Positions 41,374 through 52,297 of a DNA stretch of 64,000 bases are shown in pieces. The translations under genes and the position numbers were made by a program. The stretch covers positions 146,781-210,780 of the forward strand of contig CBFHKU010000001.1 of NCBI GenBank assembly GCA_965656495.1. The letters run 5' to 3'. The stretch comes from Coraliomargaritaceae bacterium (GTDB lineage: Bacteria > Verrucomicrobiota > Verrucomicrobiia > Opitutales > Coraliomargaritaceae). Within the stretch, counting starts at the first letter, position 1; the number at the start of each line of letters is the position of its first letter. The notes below the pieces were generated by a model. The model had not been told where the DNA came from. It did no database searches and saw only the letters and a list, made by a program, of their open reading frames with translations.

Positions 41374-41769
41374 TTAGTTCTCTTCGGGAGCTTCGGGGTA
41401 AATTTTTTGATAGGCCTCGTTTTGCTCGGCGCTGGCAGGCTCAACGCGCTGGTTGATCCTGGGGTTGCCTTCGAGGATGTCGGCGGTTCGCAAACTACCG
41501 GGTCGCAGGGGGAGGCTTTTGAGGAGGGCGGCTTGAGTGCCGTCGGCATCGGTCACGACCAAGAAGCCGTCGCCCAGTTCGTGGCCATAGCGGATCGTTG
41601 CAATGCGTTCAATCATGTCGGCATGTACGATGGTGGGGCCTTTGTAGGCCGGTCCTGCGGGTCGGGCGAGTTCAACTTCCGCACCTTCGGGAATCTTGTT
41701 ATACTGGCTGCAGGCAGACATTGCCAAAATGCAAAGGCCGCAGAGGAAAATGTTTAATTTTTGATACAT
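41374..41769 (-). CDS. Hypothetical lipoprotein
   Basis: Signal peptide ending MSAC; co-oriented between rpoD and tatA. Confidence 0.7.
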   Translation of the reverse strand: MYQKLNIFLCGLCILAMSACSQYNKIPEGAEVELARPAGPAYKGPTIVHADMIERIATIRYGHELGDGFLVVTDADGTQAALLKSLPLRPGSLRTADILEGNPRINQRVEPASAEQNEAYQKIYPEAPEEN

Positions 41770-41786
41770 ATGCTGATTGCTTGTCT

Positions 41787-43853
<2,067 letters not shown>

Positions 43854-43877
43854 GACGTGAATTAAATAAGTTGGAGA

Positions 43878-45710
43878 TTATTGAATTTTAAAGTCGAGTG
43901 GTTTGCTGAGGGTATCGCGGAGGGTGCGAACTTCACGCATGAGTTGGAGGCGGGTTTCTTCTGAAAGGTCAGTATTGGCTACTTTTTGTTCCAAATCCTG
44001 CTTTAGCTTTTGCAAGTGATTACGGCAAAGTGTCTTAAGGCAATCGTTAATTTGTCGTGCGGGGTGCTCGACTTCGAGATCGCGGAGGCTGATCTCGGCA
44101 AGGATTTGGCGGTCTTCGTCTGTTTCGAGGAGGCTTTCTATGGCTTGGTTGTTTTCGAGGAGGCCTTCTTGGATTTCGGCCAGGATGCGAGCTAGAATGC
44201 GGCCGTCGGGTGAATGGGTGTCAAGCCATTCAAAATCAGTGACGTTTGCTGTGGCTGTCGCATATTCAGGATGATGGTAAACGAGCCAAAGTAAGTCCCA
44301 TGTGGCTTGTGTCAATAGTCCGTCAGTTGAATTTGAGGGAGCGGCTGGGGTGGTTTTTTTGGGGCTGGAGTCGCGGCGAGGGGCGAATTGTCGGAATTCG
44401 CGGAGGGCGAGCTCGGGATCGACGCGAAGGAGGCGGGCGGCTTGGGTGAGGTAGTCCTCGCGGGCGACAAGGGAGGGGATGTGTTGCAGGAGCTCGAAGA
44501 CTTGACGGAGGGCGGCGGTCTTTTCGTGCGGGTTGGGCGCCCGATCGGGGGGGAGGGATTCGCTGACGCTGAGTTGGATGCCGTTGAGGGCATTGTTGCG
44601 AAGGGGTTCAAGGGCTTCGGCACCCTGTTCGCGGAGGAGGTCGTCGGGGTCGGTTTTTTCCGGGAGGAGGAGAAAGCGGAAGTCGAGCTCGGCCTTGAGG
44701 GCGAGGGGGACATAACGGAGGGCGGCTTTGCGACCCGCGCGGTCACCGTCGAGGAGGCACTCGACGGATTTGGGATCGTAGCGTCGGAGGAGGTGGAGTT
44801 GATCCTCGGTGAGTGCGGTGCCCTGAGGTGCGATAGCGGTGTGGAGCCCTACGGACCAGCAGCGGATGGCGTCGAGTTGACCCTCCACGAGGAGGAAACT
44901 GTCGCCGTCCTTGAGGTGGGTGCGGGCATGATCCATGCCGAAGAGGATGCGTCCTTTGTGGAAAATGGGGGTTTCGGGGGAGTTGACGTATTTGGCTTCG
45001 CGGGCGGGGTCGTCGTCGGGGGTCTGGGGGAGTTGTCGGGCGGTGAAGGCGACAACGCGGCCCTGGACGTCGCGGATTGGGATCATGAGGCGGCCCCGGA
45101 AGCGTGATTTGAAGCGGGTATGATCGCTTTCGTTATCGTAGGCGTAGAAGAGGCCGGACTGGTGCATCGCCTGGGTGCTGATCTCGCGTTTTTGGCAGAG
45201 CAGGGCGAGGGCGTTGAGGGCGGCGGGGGCGTAGCCGATTTTGTGCGCCTCGGCGGTGGCGGTATCGAAACCGCGTGTCTTGTTCCAGTATTGGCGCACG
45301 GGGGCGGCTTCCTCGCTCTTCATGAACTGGTGGTGAAACCAGTTGGCGGCGAGTTCGTTGACGGCGAAGATTTGTTTGCGCAGGGAGAGGTCGCTCTTGG
45401 AGGGGCCACCGGCTTCGTATTCGAGGTTGATATTGAATTTACGGGCGATGAATTCGACGGACTCGATAAATTCGAGGTTTTCCATCTTCATAACAAAGCT
45501 GAAGAGGTCGCCGCCTTCGCCGGTGCTGAAGCATTTAAAGAAGCCGCGGTCCGGATGGACGTAGAAGGAGGGCGTTTTTTCCTGAGTGAAGGGGCTGAGT
45601 CCTTTCCAGGAGCGTCCGGCGCGTTTGAGTTGCACGTACGGGGAGACCACGTCCACCAAATTGACTTGGTGTTTCATGGCGTCGATGGAGCGTTGGGCGA
45701 CTCGCGGCAC
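43878..45710 (-). CDS. dnaG: DNA primase
   Basis: EKTPSF, KYVNSPET, VEGQLD, DGDRAG, DPDD; directly upstream of rpoD. Confidence 0.96.
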   Translation of the reverse strand: MPRVAQRSIDAMKHQVNLVDVVSPYVQLKRAGRSWKGLSPFTQEKTPSFYVHPDRGFFKCFSTGEGGDLFSFVMKMENLEFIESVEFIARKFNINLEYEAGGPSKSDLSLRKQIFAVNELAANWFHHQFMKSEEAAPVRQYWNKTRGFDTATAEAHKIGYAPAALNALALLCQKREISTQAMHQSGLFYAYDNESDHTRFKSRFRGRLMIPIRDVQGRVVAFTARQLPQTPDDDPAREAKYVNSPETPIFHKGRILFGMDHARTHLKDGDSFLLVEGQLDAIRCWSVGLHTAIAPQGTALTEDQLHLLRRYDPKSVECLLDGDRAGRKAALRYVPLALKAELDFRFLLLPEKTDPDDLLREQGAEALEPLRNNALNGIQLSVSESLPPDRAPNPHEKTAALRQVFELLQHIPSLVAREDYLTQAARLLRVDPELALREFRQFAPRRDSSPKKTTPAAPSNSTDGLLTQATWDLLWLVYHHPEYATATANVTDFEWLDTHSPDGRILARILAEIQEGLLENNQAIESLLETDEDRQILAEISLRDLEVEHPARQINDCLKTLCRNHLQKLKQDLEQKVANTDLSEETRLQLMREVRTLRDTLSKPLDFKIQ

Positions 45711-45736
45711 GTGCGTGATGAAGCGGTTGTTAGGGG

Positions 45737-47359
45737 CTAGGGCGCGGGTTGGGCGAGGGTCGCGAGGGCGGCTTCGGCCTCAGGGCGAAGGGGGTGTCGG
45801 GGGAATTGTTGGATAAATTGCTGGTAAAGGGCAGCGGCGGCGGGGCGGTCCTCGCTGATGCGTTGGAGGGCGCGGGCCAGCGAGAGGGTGATCTCGGGGT
45901 TATTTGGGAAACGATCGAAGGCGATTTTTAGCTCGGCGAGGAATGCCCGTGGGGATTTGCTGCGCTGTGCGATGCGAAGGTAGTCAAGGGTGTAGGGAAC
46001 TTCGGTGGGTGCGAGCCGAACGGCCTCGAGGGCGGTGGTCTCGGCGTTGCGGGTTTCGCCGCTGAGGGTGTAGGCCTGCGAGAGTTGGCTCCAGGTTTCG
46101 GGAGTGGTGTTATCGAGACCCAGGGCTTGCCAGTAGAGACGGATGGCGCTTTTGAAATCGCGTTGAAGTTTGGCCTCTTCGGCCTCGCTCAGGAGTTGTT
46201 TACGACTGGGGGAGAGTGGCTCCGGGGTCGCAACGGTCTCAGGGCTATCGCTGACGGTTGGGGGTGCGGGGTCGGGGTCGGGGTCGATTGCGGGGATTTC
46301 GGCGGCGGGTGCGTCGTTGTCGAGGCTGGGGTCTGCGGGCTGGATTGCGATGCTGGGGTTGTACTGGATATCGTTGATGCCCGTTTCAGTCGATTCGATG
46401 GCGGGTTTGTTGGCGAGGGCTTCCATGGCATCAAATTCTTCAGCAGCGATGCTTTTGGTGGAAGTGGGTGCGTCGGGCTTGGCTTCGGGCTGGGGTTCGG
46501 CGGGTGGGTTGTCGGAGCTTGCGGCGGTTTCGGTTTGTGTGTTTTTGAGGGTCTCGGATAATTCCTGTTGAGCGGTGCGCCATGTTTGGAGCTCGCTGCG
46601 GGCGGTGGTCGCCCAGTCGCTGGCGTCGACCGCTCCGGGGAAGCGTTGGTCGAGTTGCGCGATGAGGGTTTCGGCGGCGGGCCAATCGGCGGCGGCGAGT
46701 TTGATTTCAAGGAGTCCGAGGAGGGCGGTGAGGGCTTCGGGGCCGCTATCCTGGGCGGCGATTTTAAACCATCGCTCTGCGAGGGCTTTGTTATCGAGTT
46801 GGAGGAAAAGGGTGGCGATGGCGTTGGCGGTTTCCGGCGCGATGAGGGCGGGGTCATTGGGGATGCCTTTGAGGTAGGCATCGAGCGCGGCTTGGGTTTC
46901 GTTGGCGGCTGCGAGGCTGGAACCGAGCCTGAACCAAAGTTCAGGTTTCATGGCGTCGGGTGCGCGGGTGGCGAGTTGACGGAGGATGGGGAGGCTGTCT
47001 TCGCCGGCGGCCTCGAGCGCGAGATATGCCTGATATAAAAGCTCGATGTTTTCCGGGGCATTCAGCGCGGCTTGTTCCAGGTAGAGGGCGGCGAGGTTGA
47101 GGTCGTTGGTCTTTTGGTAAATTTCGCCGATAAGCTGAAGGATCTCGGGATCCTGTTGATTTGTTTCGAGGAGGGATTGCAGGATGGTGAGGGCTTCCTG
47201 GCTTTGACCATTCGCCTGGAGATTGATGGCATTGTCGATTTGATTGCGGCGGGCGGTTTCCGGATCGGTGCAGGCCGTCACTGCGAGCAAGGCGGCCAAA
47301 AGCATGATGAGACCGTGGAAATGGATGCGGTTATTTTTTTTATTTTTCATGGTCGGCAT
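45737..47359 (-). CDS. TPR-repeat lipoprotein
   Basis: Lipobox VTAC; TPR-like helices around a Pro/acidic linker. Confidence 0.75.
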   Translation of the reverse strand: MPTMKNKKNNRIHFHGLIMLLAALLAVTACTDPETARRNQIDNAINLQANGQSQEALTILQSLLETNQQDPEILQLIGEIYQKTNDLNLAALYLEQAALNAPENIELLYQAYLALEAAGEDSLPILRQLATRAPDAMKPELWFRLGSSLAAANETQAALDAYLKGIPNDPALIAPETANAIATLFLQLDNKALAERWFKIAAQDSGPEALTALLGLLEIKLAAADWPAAETLIAQLDQRFPGAVDASDWATTARSELQTWRTAQQELSETLKNTQTETAASSDNPPAEPQPEAKPDAPTSTKSIAAEEFDAMEALANKPAIESTETGINDIQYNPSIAIQPADPSLDNDAPAAEIPAIDPDPDPAPPTVSDSPETVATPEPLSPSRKQLLSEAEEAKLQRDFKSAIRLYWQALGLDNTTPETWSQLSQAYTLSGETRNAETTALEAVRLAPTEVPYTLDYLRIAQRSKSPRAFLAELKIAFDRFPNNPEITLSLARALQRISEDRPAAAALYQQFIQQFPRHPLRPEAEAALATLAQPAP

Positions 47360-47447
47360 CTCTTTTTTATACTATGCGGTGAGAATGTGGAGAAAACTTT
47401 ACAAAGAACACTTGTGCGGCGCTTGTAAGAGTCAAGGTGATTGGTGT

Positions 47448-48455
47448 ATGCGCGGGTGTTTAAGATGGGTGCAAATTTGTTTGGCTGCTTTAGTTTTTGC
47501 TTCCGGGGGCTTGTCGGGATCGGGTCTGGTATGGGAGGCCGCGACGCCCGAGGGGTCGGATTACGTGGCGGCGGTGGAATCGTTGTTGTCAGAATACGAA
47601 TCGGAGACGGGGCGTGAACTGAAGCCGGGCGCGCTGGGGAAGGCGGGTTTGAAGGTGAATACGCGGAGTGGTCTGGGTTTATCGACGCCGCGTCCTTTGT
47701 TGCGGGCATTGATTGCTTCGTTGGAAAGCCGTGGCTTTGCGCGGGCGGATATTTTGATTGTGGATGCGGATGCCTACAATTTGCGGCAGGCGGGGATTTT
47801 GCCGTCGCTGGCGGAACCGGAACTGAAGTTTGAGGGCTGTCCGGTGTTGGCGTTAAATGAGGGGGGTTTTTATGACGAGGCGTGGTATTACGATAGTCCA
47901 CTGCCACCGGCGATGCGGGTCTTGGATGCGATGGGCCGCGACGAGGCAGAAGCCGAGGGGGTGGCGCGGAAGAGTTTTTTGCCGCGTCCGCTCTTATTTG
48001 AGGTGGATTACTGGATTAATCTGCCGGTGGGATGCGATGACCCGGCGTTAGGGGTGGACGGGGCCTTGGTCAACATGACGCTCTGGAACGTGAGCAATAG
48101 CCGTCGTTTTTTGGTGAATCAGGCGACCGCTTCGGCGGCGGTGGCGGAGATTGCGGCGATACCGGAATTGGTGGATAAGGCGGTCCTGCATTTTATGCCG
48201 ATGGATTTGTATCAATTCATCGGGGGGCCGTTTTTCAATTCACTCTACACGCACGGGGAGGGGGTCTTGCGGATGAGCGCGGATCCGGTGGCCTTGGATC
48301 GTTTGTTGTATGATGCGATCAATGAGCGCCGCCGTCTGGCGGGATTTCCGGAGATTTTGCCGATGCCACAACAGTTGCCCTTTGCGGCAAGTTTGGGGTT
48401 GGGGGTTTATGAGCGGGAGGCGATTGAGCGCCGCGCGGTGGATTTGAGTGAATAA
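47448..48455 (+). CDS. DUF362-like exported protein
   Basis: Signal peptide, GLKVN, YWINLPV, SADPVALD. Confidence 0.65.
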   Translation: MRGCLRWVQICLAALVFASGGLSGSGLVWEAATPEGSDYVAAVESLLSEYESETGRELKPGALGKAGLKVNTRSGLGLSTPRPLLRALIASLESRGFARADILIVDADAYNLRQAGILPSLAEPELKFEGCPVLALNEGGFYDEAWYYDSPLPPAMRVLDAMGRDEAEAEGVARKSFLPRPLLFEVDYWINLPVGCDDPALGVDGALVNMTLWNVSNSRRFLVNQATASAAVAEIAAIPELVDKAVLHFMPMDLYQFIGGPFFNSLYTHGEGVLRMSADPVALDRLLYDAINERRRLAGFPEILPMPQQLPFAASLGLGVYEREAIERRAVDLSE

Positions 48456-48514
48456 ATGCGCTTCTTTTGGAGAAACACCTTGAATAAAAAGCAAAAGCAA
48501 TTCTTTACTAGGGG

Positions 48515-48889
48515 ATGCAATTAGCGGATTTCTACCCAATTTTGGTGCAGCTCGTTCTCGTTTTGGGAATCGCGGTCACGATTCTGGTGGCTTCGCATAT
48601 TTTTGGGCAACGCTCGGTGGGTTCCGCGATCAAGAATTCGCCGTATGAATGCGGTATGTTGGCGGAGGGTTCCGGGAGTGCGCGCTTTGCGGTTAAGTTC
48701 TACGTGACTGCGATGTTGTTCATCCTTTTTGATATCGAGGTTGTTTTCCTAATTCCCTGGGTGATGGTGTTCCGTGAATTTTTAGCGGCGCAGTTGCCGA
48801 TCCTCCTGCCGGTTTTCTTTTTCCTATTTGTCCTGGTCTTGGGCTTGATCTACGAGTTGCGAAAGGGCGCGATCGAGTGGGAAAAATAG
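48515..48889 (+). CDS. nuoA: NADH-quinone oxidoreductase subunit A
   Basis: PYECG, FILFDIEVVFL, KGAIEW. Confidence 0.95.
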   Translation: MQLADFYPILVQLVLVLGIAVTILVASHIFGQRSVGSAIKNSPYECGMLAEGSGSARFAVKFYVTAMLFILFDIEVVFLIPWVMVFREFLAAQLPILLPVFFFLFVLVLGLIYELRKGAIEWEK

Positions 48890-49015
48890 ATTGCATTTGG
48901 AATTTTGATTCAGCACCCCGGCTTCGCTCAAGGAAGCCCGGAACTTTTCTCCAACGCCTCGTTCTTATCTGTAAGGACGTCGCACCATTTGTCCACGAAC
49001 GACCCCTTGTACCCG

Positions 49016-50374
49016 ATGCGCATTGACCGTTACATTTCCCGTAGTCGTGTCATCGATTTGAAGAGCACCGATTTCAAGGGTGCCTTGTCGGAATTGCTGG
49101 AGGTCTGCGATTTTTCGGGAGAAAGCAAGATCAGCAAGGGCGGCCTGCTGAAGAAATTAATGGAGGGGGAACGCTTGATGACGACCTATTTGGGTGGCGG
49201 TATATCCCTCCCGCATGCGCGCGTTAAAATGAAGCGCAACTATTTGCTCGCGGTGGGGCGCTGTCCGGAAGGGCTCAACTACGAGGGGCAAAAAGAATAC
49301 GGCGAGATTCGTTACGTCTTTCTCCTCTTGGCGTCTGAGAAAGCGCGGAATTATTTATACAGTCTGGCGTCCTTGGCGCGGGTCTTTCAGGACAAGGCGC
49401 TGATGGAGCAACTGAGCGCGGCGACGAGCCTGGAGGCGTTTCAGGTTGCCTTGAAATCGGTCTTTAGCGGAGAGGGGGATCGCCTGCCGCGTCAGCACAA
49501 TCGCTTCAATAAGTTGATCCTTAAGGAAGCCGCAAAAATCGCGCGCGGGGCGAAATGCGGGGCGGTCTTGGTCTTTGGTGACACTTTTGGGGGCCGGGTG
49601 GAAATTGGCGAGACCTTCAAGGATTTCAAGACGGTGCTCATTGCGCAGGGCACCTCCGAGGTGGTCAGCGAGCGCGATGAGATCGAGGCGGTGTTGCCCT
49701 TGCGCGCTTACAGTAATCACCGGTTCTCGCAGTTGCGCAGTGCGGTGCTGATCGGTTTGACGCGGGGGATTTTTTCCAGCACGGATCGTCTGTGTTGCGT
49801 GGGTGGGGTGCCGCAAAGCAATCAGTTTGACAGTATTACGGTGGTGGACGTGGAGCGTGAATTCCACACGATGCTGTTTCACAATTCCCAGATGCTGCCG
49901 TCGTCGGTGAAGCCGGAGGTGATCGAGCGGGTGCTGGCGATTGCGACCGAGTTGGCGGTGGAAGGCCGCGAGGGGCACCCGGTTGGTTGTCTCTTTGCAC
50001 TGGGCAACGCCGAGCGCATTCTTGAATACACCAAGCCGCTGATCCTGAATCCCTTTTACGGTTACAAGGACGAGGAGCGCAATATTTTGAATCCTTTCAT
50101 GGATGAAACCGTGAAGGAATTGTCGTCGATTGACGGTGCGTTTATCATTCGCGGGGACGGCGTTTTGGCAGCGGCGGGTACTTTGATTCATGTGCCGGAC
50201 TACGCGCACAGTTTGCCGGGGGGGTTGGGGAGCCGTCACGCCGCGGCCTCCGCGATTTCGCAGGCGGAGGACTGCCTCTGCATCGTGGTATCGGGAAGCA
50301 CCGGGCAGGTGACGCTTTTCCGGCGCGGCGAGATGTTGCCGCTCATTGAGAAGGCGCTGGTGCGGAATTCCTAG
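49016..50374 (+). CDS. PTS EIIA-domain / diadenylate cyclase fusion
   Basis: N-terminal TTYLGGGISLPHAR; C-terminal EGREG, DGA and GSRHAAA. Confidence 0.88.
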   Translation: MRIDRYISRSRVIDLKSTDFKGALSELLEVCDFSGESKISKGGLLKKLMEGERLMTTYLGGGISLPHARVKMKRNYLLAVGRCPEGLNYEGQKEYGEIRYVFLLLASEKARNYLYSLASLARVFQDKALMEQLSAATSLEAFQVALKSVFSGEGDRLPRQHNRFNKLILKEAAKIARGAKCGAVLVFGDTFGGRVEIGETFKDFKTVLIAQGTSEVVSERDEIEAVLPLRAYSNHRFSQLRSAVLIGLTRGIFSSTDRLCCVGGVPQSNQFDSITVVDVEREFHTMLFHNSQMLPSSVKPEVIERVLAIATELAVEGREGHPVGCLFALGNAERILEYTKPLILNPFYGYKDEERNILNPFMDETVKELSSIDGAFIIRGDGVLAAAGTLIHVPDYAHSLPGGLGSRHAAASAISQAEDCLCIVVSGSTGQVTLFRRGEMLPLIEKALVRNS

Positions 50375-50391
50375 CTGACGCAAGGCTGGGT

Positions 50392-50519
50392 TTGAAGGTG
50401 GGAAAGTAAAAAGTTTGAAGGTATTTGCCGTAAGGATACTTTAACGACTTTGTAGTAAATTATACATCAGGACCACTTTTACCTTCCCACTTTCCCACCT
50501 TCGTACTTTTGTACATCCC
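50392..50519. repeat. Inverted pair of 8-bp-period repeat arrays
   Basis: ttgaaggt gggaaagt aaaaagt ttgaaggt ... accttccc actttccc accttcgt acttttgt. Confidence 0.75.
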
Positions 50520-51338
50520 ATGACCGACCGAATTGCTCAAGTCTTTGCCAAAACCCGCGAGGAGAAGCGGGCCTGCTTTGTGGCGTATTTATGCGCGGGC
50601 GATCCGGACTTCGAGACTTCTCTGGCAGCGTGCCGCGCGGTCATTGAATCGGGAGCGGATATTCTGGAATTGGGGGTGCCGTTCTCGGATCCCCTCGCGG
50701 ACGGTTTGACGAATCAACTCGCGGCACAGCGTGCCATCGAGAGTGGGATGACCGCAGCGCGGGTGCTGGATTTGGTTCGGGCGGTGCGGGAATTCAGCGA
50801 GGTGCCGATTGTTTTCTACACCTACTATAATCTGGTCTTTGCGCAGGGCAGCGCCGCCTATGCGAAAGCCGTGAAGGCGGCGGGAGTGGATGCGCTGCTA
50901 ACGCTGGATTTGCCACCCGAGGAAGCGGAATCGCACCTCGCGGCCTGTGCGGCGGAGGGTTTGCAGACGGTTTTCATTGTGGCACCCACCACCCCGGACG
51001 AACGCCTGCCGCTCATTTGCAAGGCGACTACCGGATTCGTGTATTACGTTTCGCGTGAGGGCGTGACCGGGGAACAGGCTTCGATGTCGGAGGGGATCGC
51101 CACGCGCGTGGCGGCGATCAAAGCACACACCGACCTCCCGGTGGTGGTCGGTTTTGGCATTTCCACCGCCGAGCATGTGCGCACCGTCGGGCAATCCGCC
51201 GACGGCGTGGTAGTGGGCAGTGCCATCGTGAACTGTATCGCCGCCAACCCGGATGATGCGGAAGCCGTCACCACCGCCCTGAAGGAAAAGATGCAAGACC
51301 TCTGCGCGGGGAATGCGCCGGCGGGTGGAACGGTTTGA
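50520..51338 (+). CDS. trpA: Tryptophan synthase alpha chain
   Basis: ELGVPFSDPLADG, DLPPEE, VSREGVTG, VGFGIS, DGVVVGSA. Confidence 0.97.
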   Translation: MTDRIAQVFAKTREEKRACFVAYLCAGDPDFETSLAACRAVIESGADILELGVPFSDPLADGLTNQLAAQRAIESGMTAARVLDLVRAVREFSEVPIVFYTYYNLVFAQGSAAYAKAVKAAGVDALLTLDLPPEEAESHLAACAAEGLQTVFIVAPTTPDERLPLICKATTGFVYYVSREGVTGEQASMSEGIATRVAAIKAHTDLPVVVGFGISTAEHVRTVGQSADGVVVGSAIVNCIAANPDDAEAVTTALKEKMQDLCAGNAPAGGTV

Positions 51339-51369
51339 CAGAAAAGAATAAATGTTCTCTACTGGGAAC

Positions 51370-51639
51370 ATGAAAACCACCCTCGAGGTTCCTGAGGATT
51401 TATACCTCAAAGTCAAAGCGCAGGCCGCTTTGCGTCGGCGTAAAATCAAGGATTATGTGGCGGAGGGATTGAGGTTGGCGTTGAAAGCCGATGTGGCGCG
51501 TGAGGCGGCATCTCACGATCCCCTCACGGTCTTTGAGGAGATTCGCAAGGAACCGTATCATGATGCGGACAAAGTGCAGGCTATGATTGAGGAGGCCCGA
51601 GCCGGGCGGAAAGCGTCGTGGCTCGAGGAGGCGTCGTGA
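51370..51639 (+). CDS. RHH antitoxin (VapB-like)
   Basis: MKTTLEVPEDLY..VK..AA; GTGA overlap with the PIN gene. Confidence 0.8.
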   Translation: MKTTLEVPEDLYLKVKAQAALRRRKIKDYVAEGLRLALKADVAREAASHDPLTVFEEIRKEPYHDADKVQAMIEEARAGRKASWLEEAS

Positions 51640-52028
51640 GCAACCTGCTTTTGCTGGACACCAACGCACTGATTGCACTGAGCGCACCGGGTCACCCGCT
51701 TTTTCAATGGATTGAGGCAGCCCTGAGGGTAGGCGGACAGGCCTTTACCTGCTCGGTAGCCTGGCACGAATATGTGCGGGGGCCGCTTGAAAAGCGCGAC
51801 CAGCAGCGGGCGCTACGCATCATTAAGCAGCGAATTGAGCCCCTGGGGCGAGAAGCTGCTGAAATCGCGGCGGTTCTGTTTAACGCTACGGGTCGGTGCC
51901 GGGGATCGACTGCGGACTGCCTGATTGCCGCGGTGGCACTTTGCAAAAACGCACAGTTGGTCACATGGAATACCGATGATTTCCGGGTGTTTGTGCCGCA
52001 CGGCCTCAAACTCGCCGAGATGGACTAG
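51636..52028 (+). CDS. vapC: PIN-domain toxin (VapC-like)
   Basis: LLDTNALI, E, DCLIAAVA, LVTWNTDDF. Confidence 0.88.
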   Translation: MSNLLLLDTNALIALSAPGHPLFQWIEAALRVGGQAFTCSVAWHEYVRGPLEKRDQQRALRIIKQRIEPLGREAAEIAAVLFNATGRCRGSTADCLIAAVALCKNAQLVTWNTDDFRVFVPHGLKLAEMD

Positions 52029-52135
52029 TTCCAAGCTCTCACCTGGGCGGGTAATTCAAGGTTTCATGGTAGCTTCGAAACCGGCATCACCACCGCCCTG
52101 AAGGAAAAGATGCAAGACCTCTGCGCGGGGAATGC

Positions 52136-52182
52136 GTAACCTTACTGTAACAATACCGTAATCTTTGTTACGCGCGGGTAAT
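52136..52182 (+). promoter_or_regulatory. 11-bp-spaced GTAAY repeats (winged-helix/Pho-box-like)
   Basis: GTAAC at 52136, GTAAC at 52147, GTAAT at 52158, GTTAC at 52167, GTAAT at 52178. Confidence 0.45.
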
Positions 52183-52297
52183 ATTCCCAGCGCCAAAGGC
52201 TTAAATGTTTGTCCTGTGGCGGTTATTGATCAGCTAAGTTAGACTATAGTTATGATCACGTATTACGTAATGATACGTAGTATAAAGTTGTAGCTGT

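Larger units (their letters stand above)
51268..52136. mobile_element. vapBC islet flanked by 50-bp direct repeats of the trpA 3' end
   Basis: 51268-51317 is identical to 52087-52136. Confidence 0.8.
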
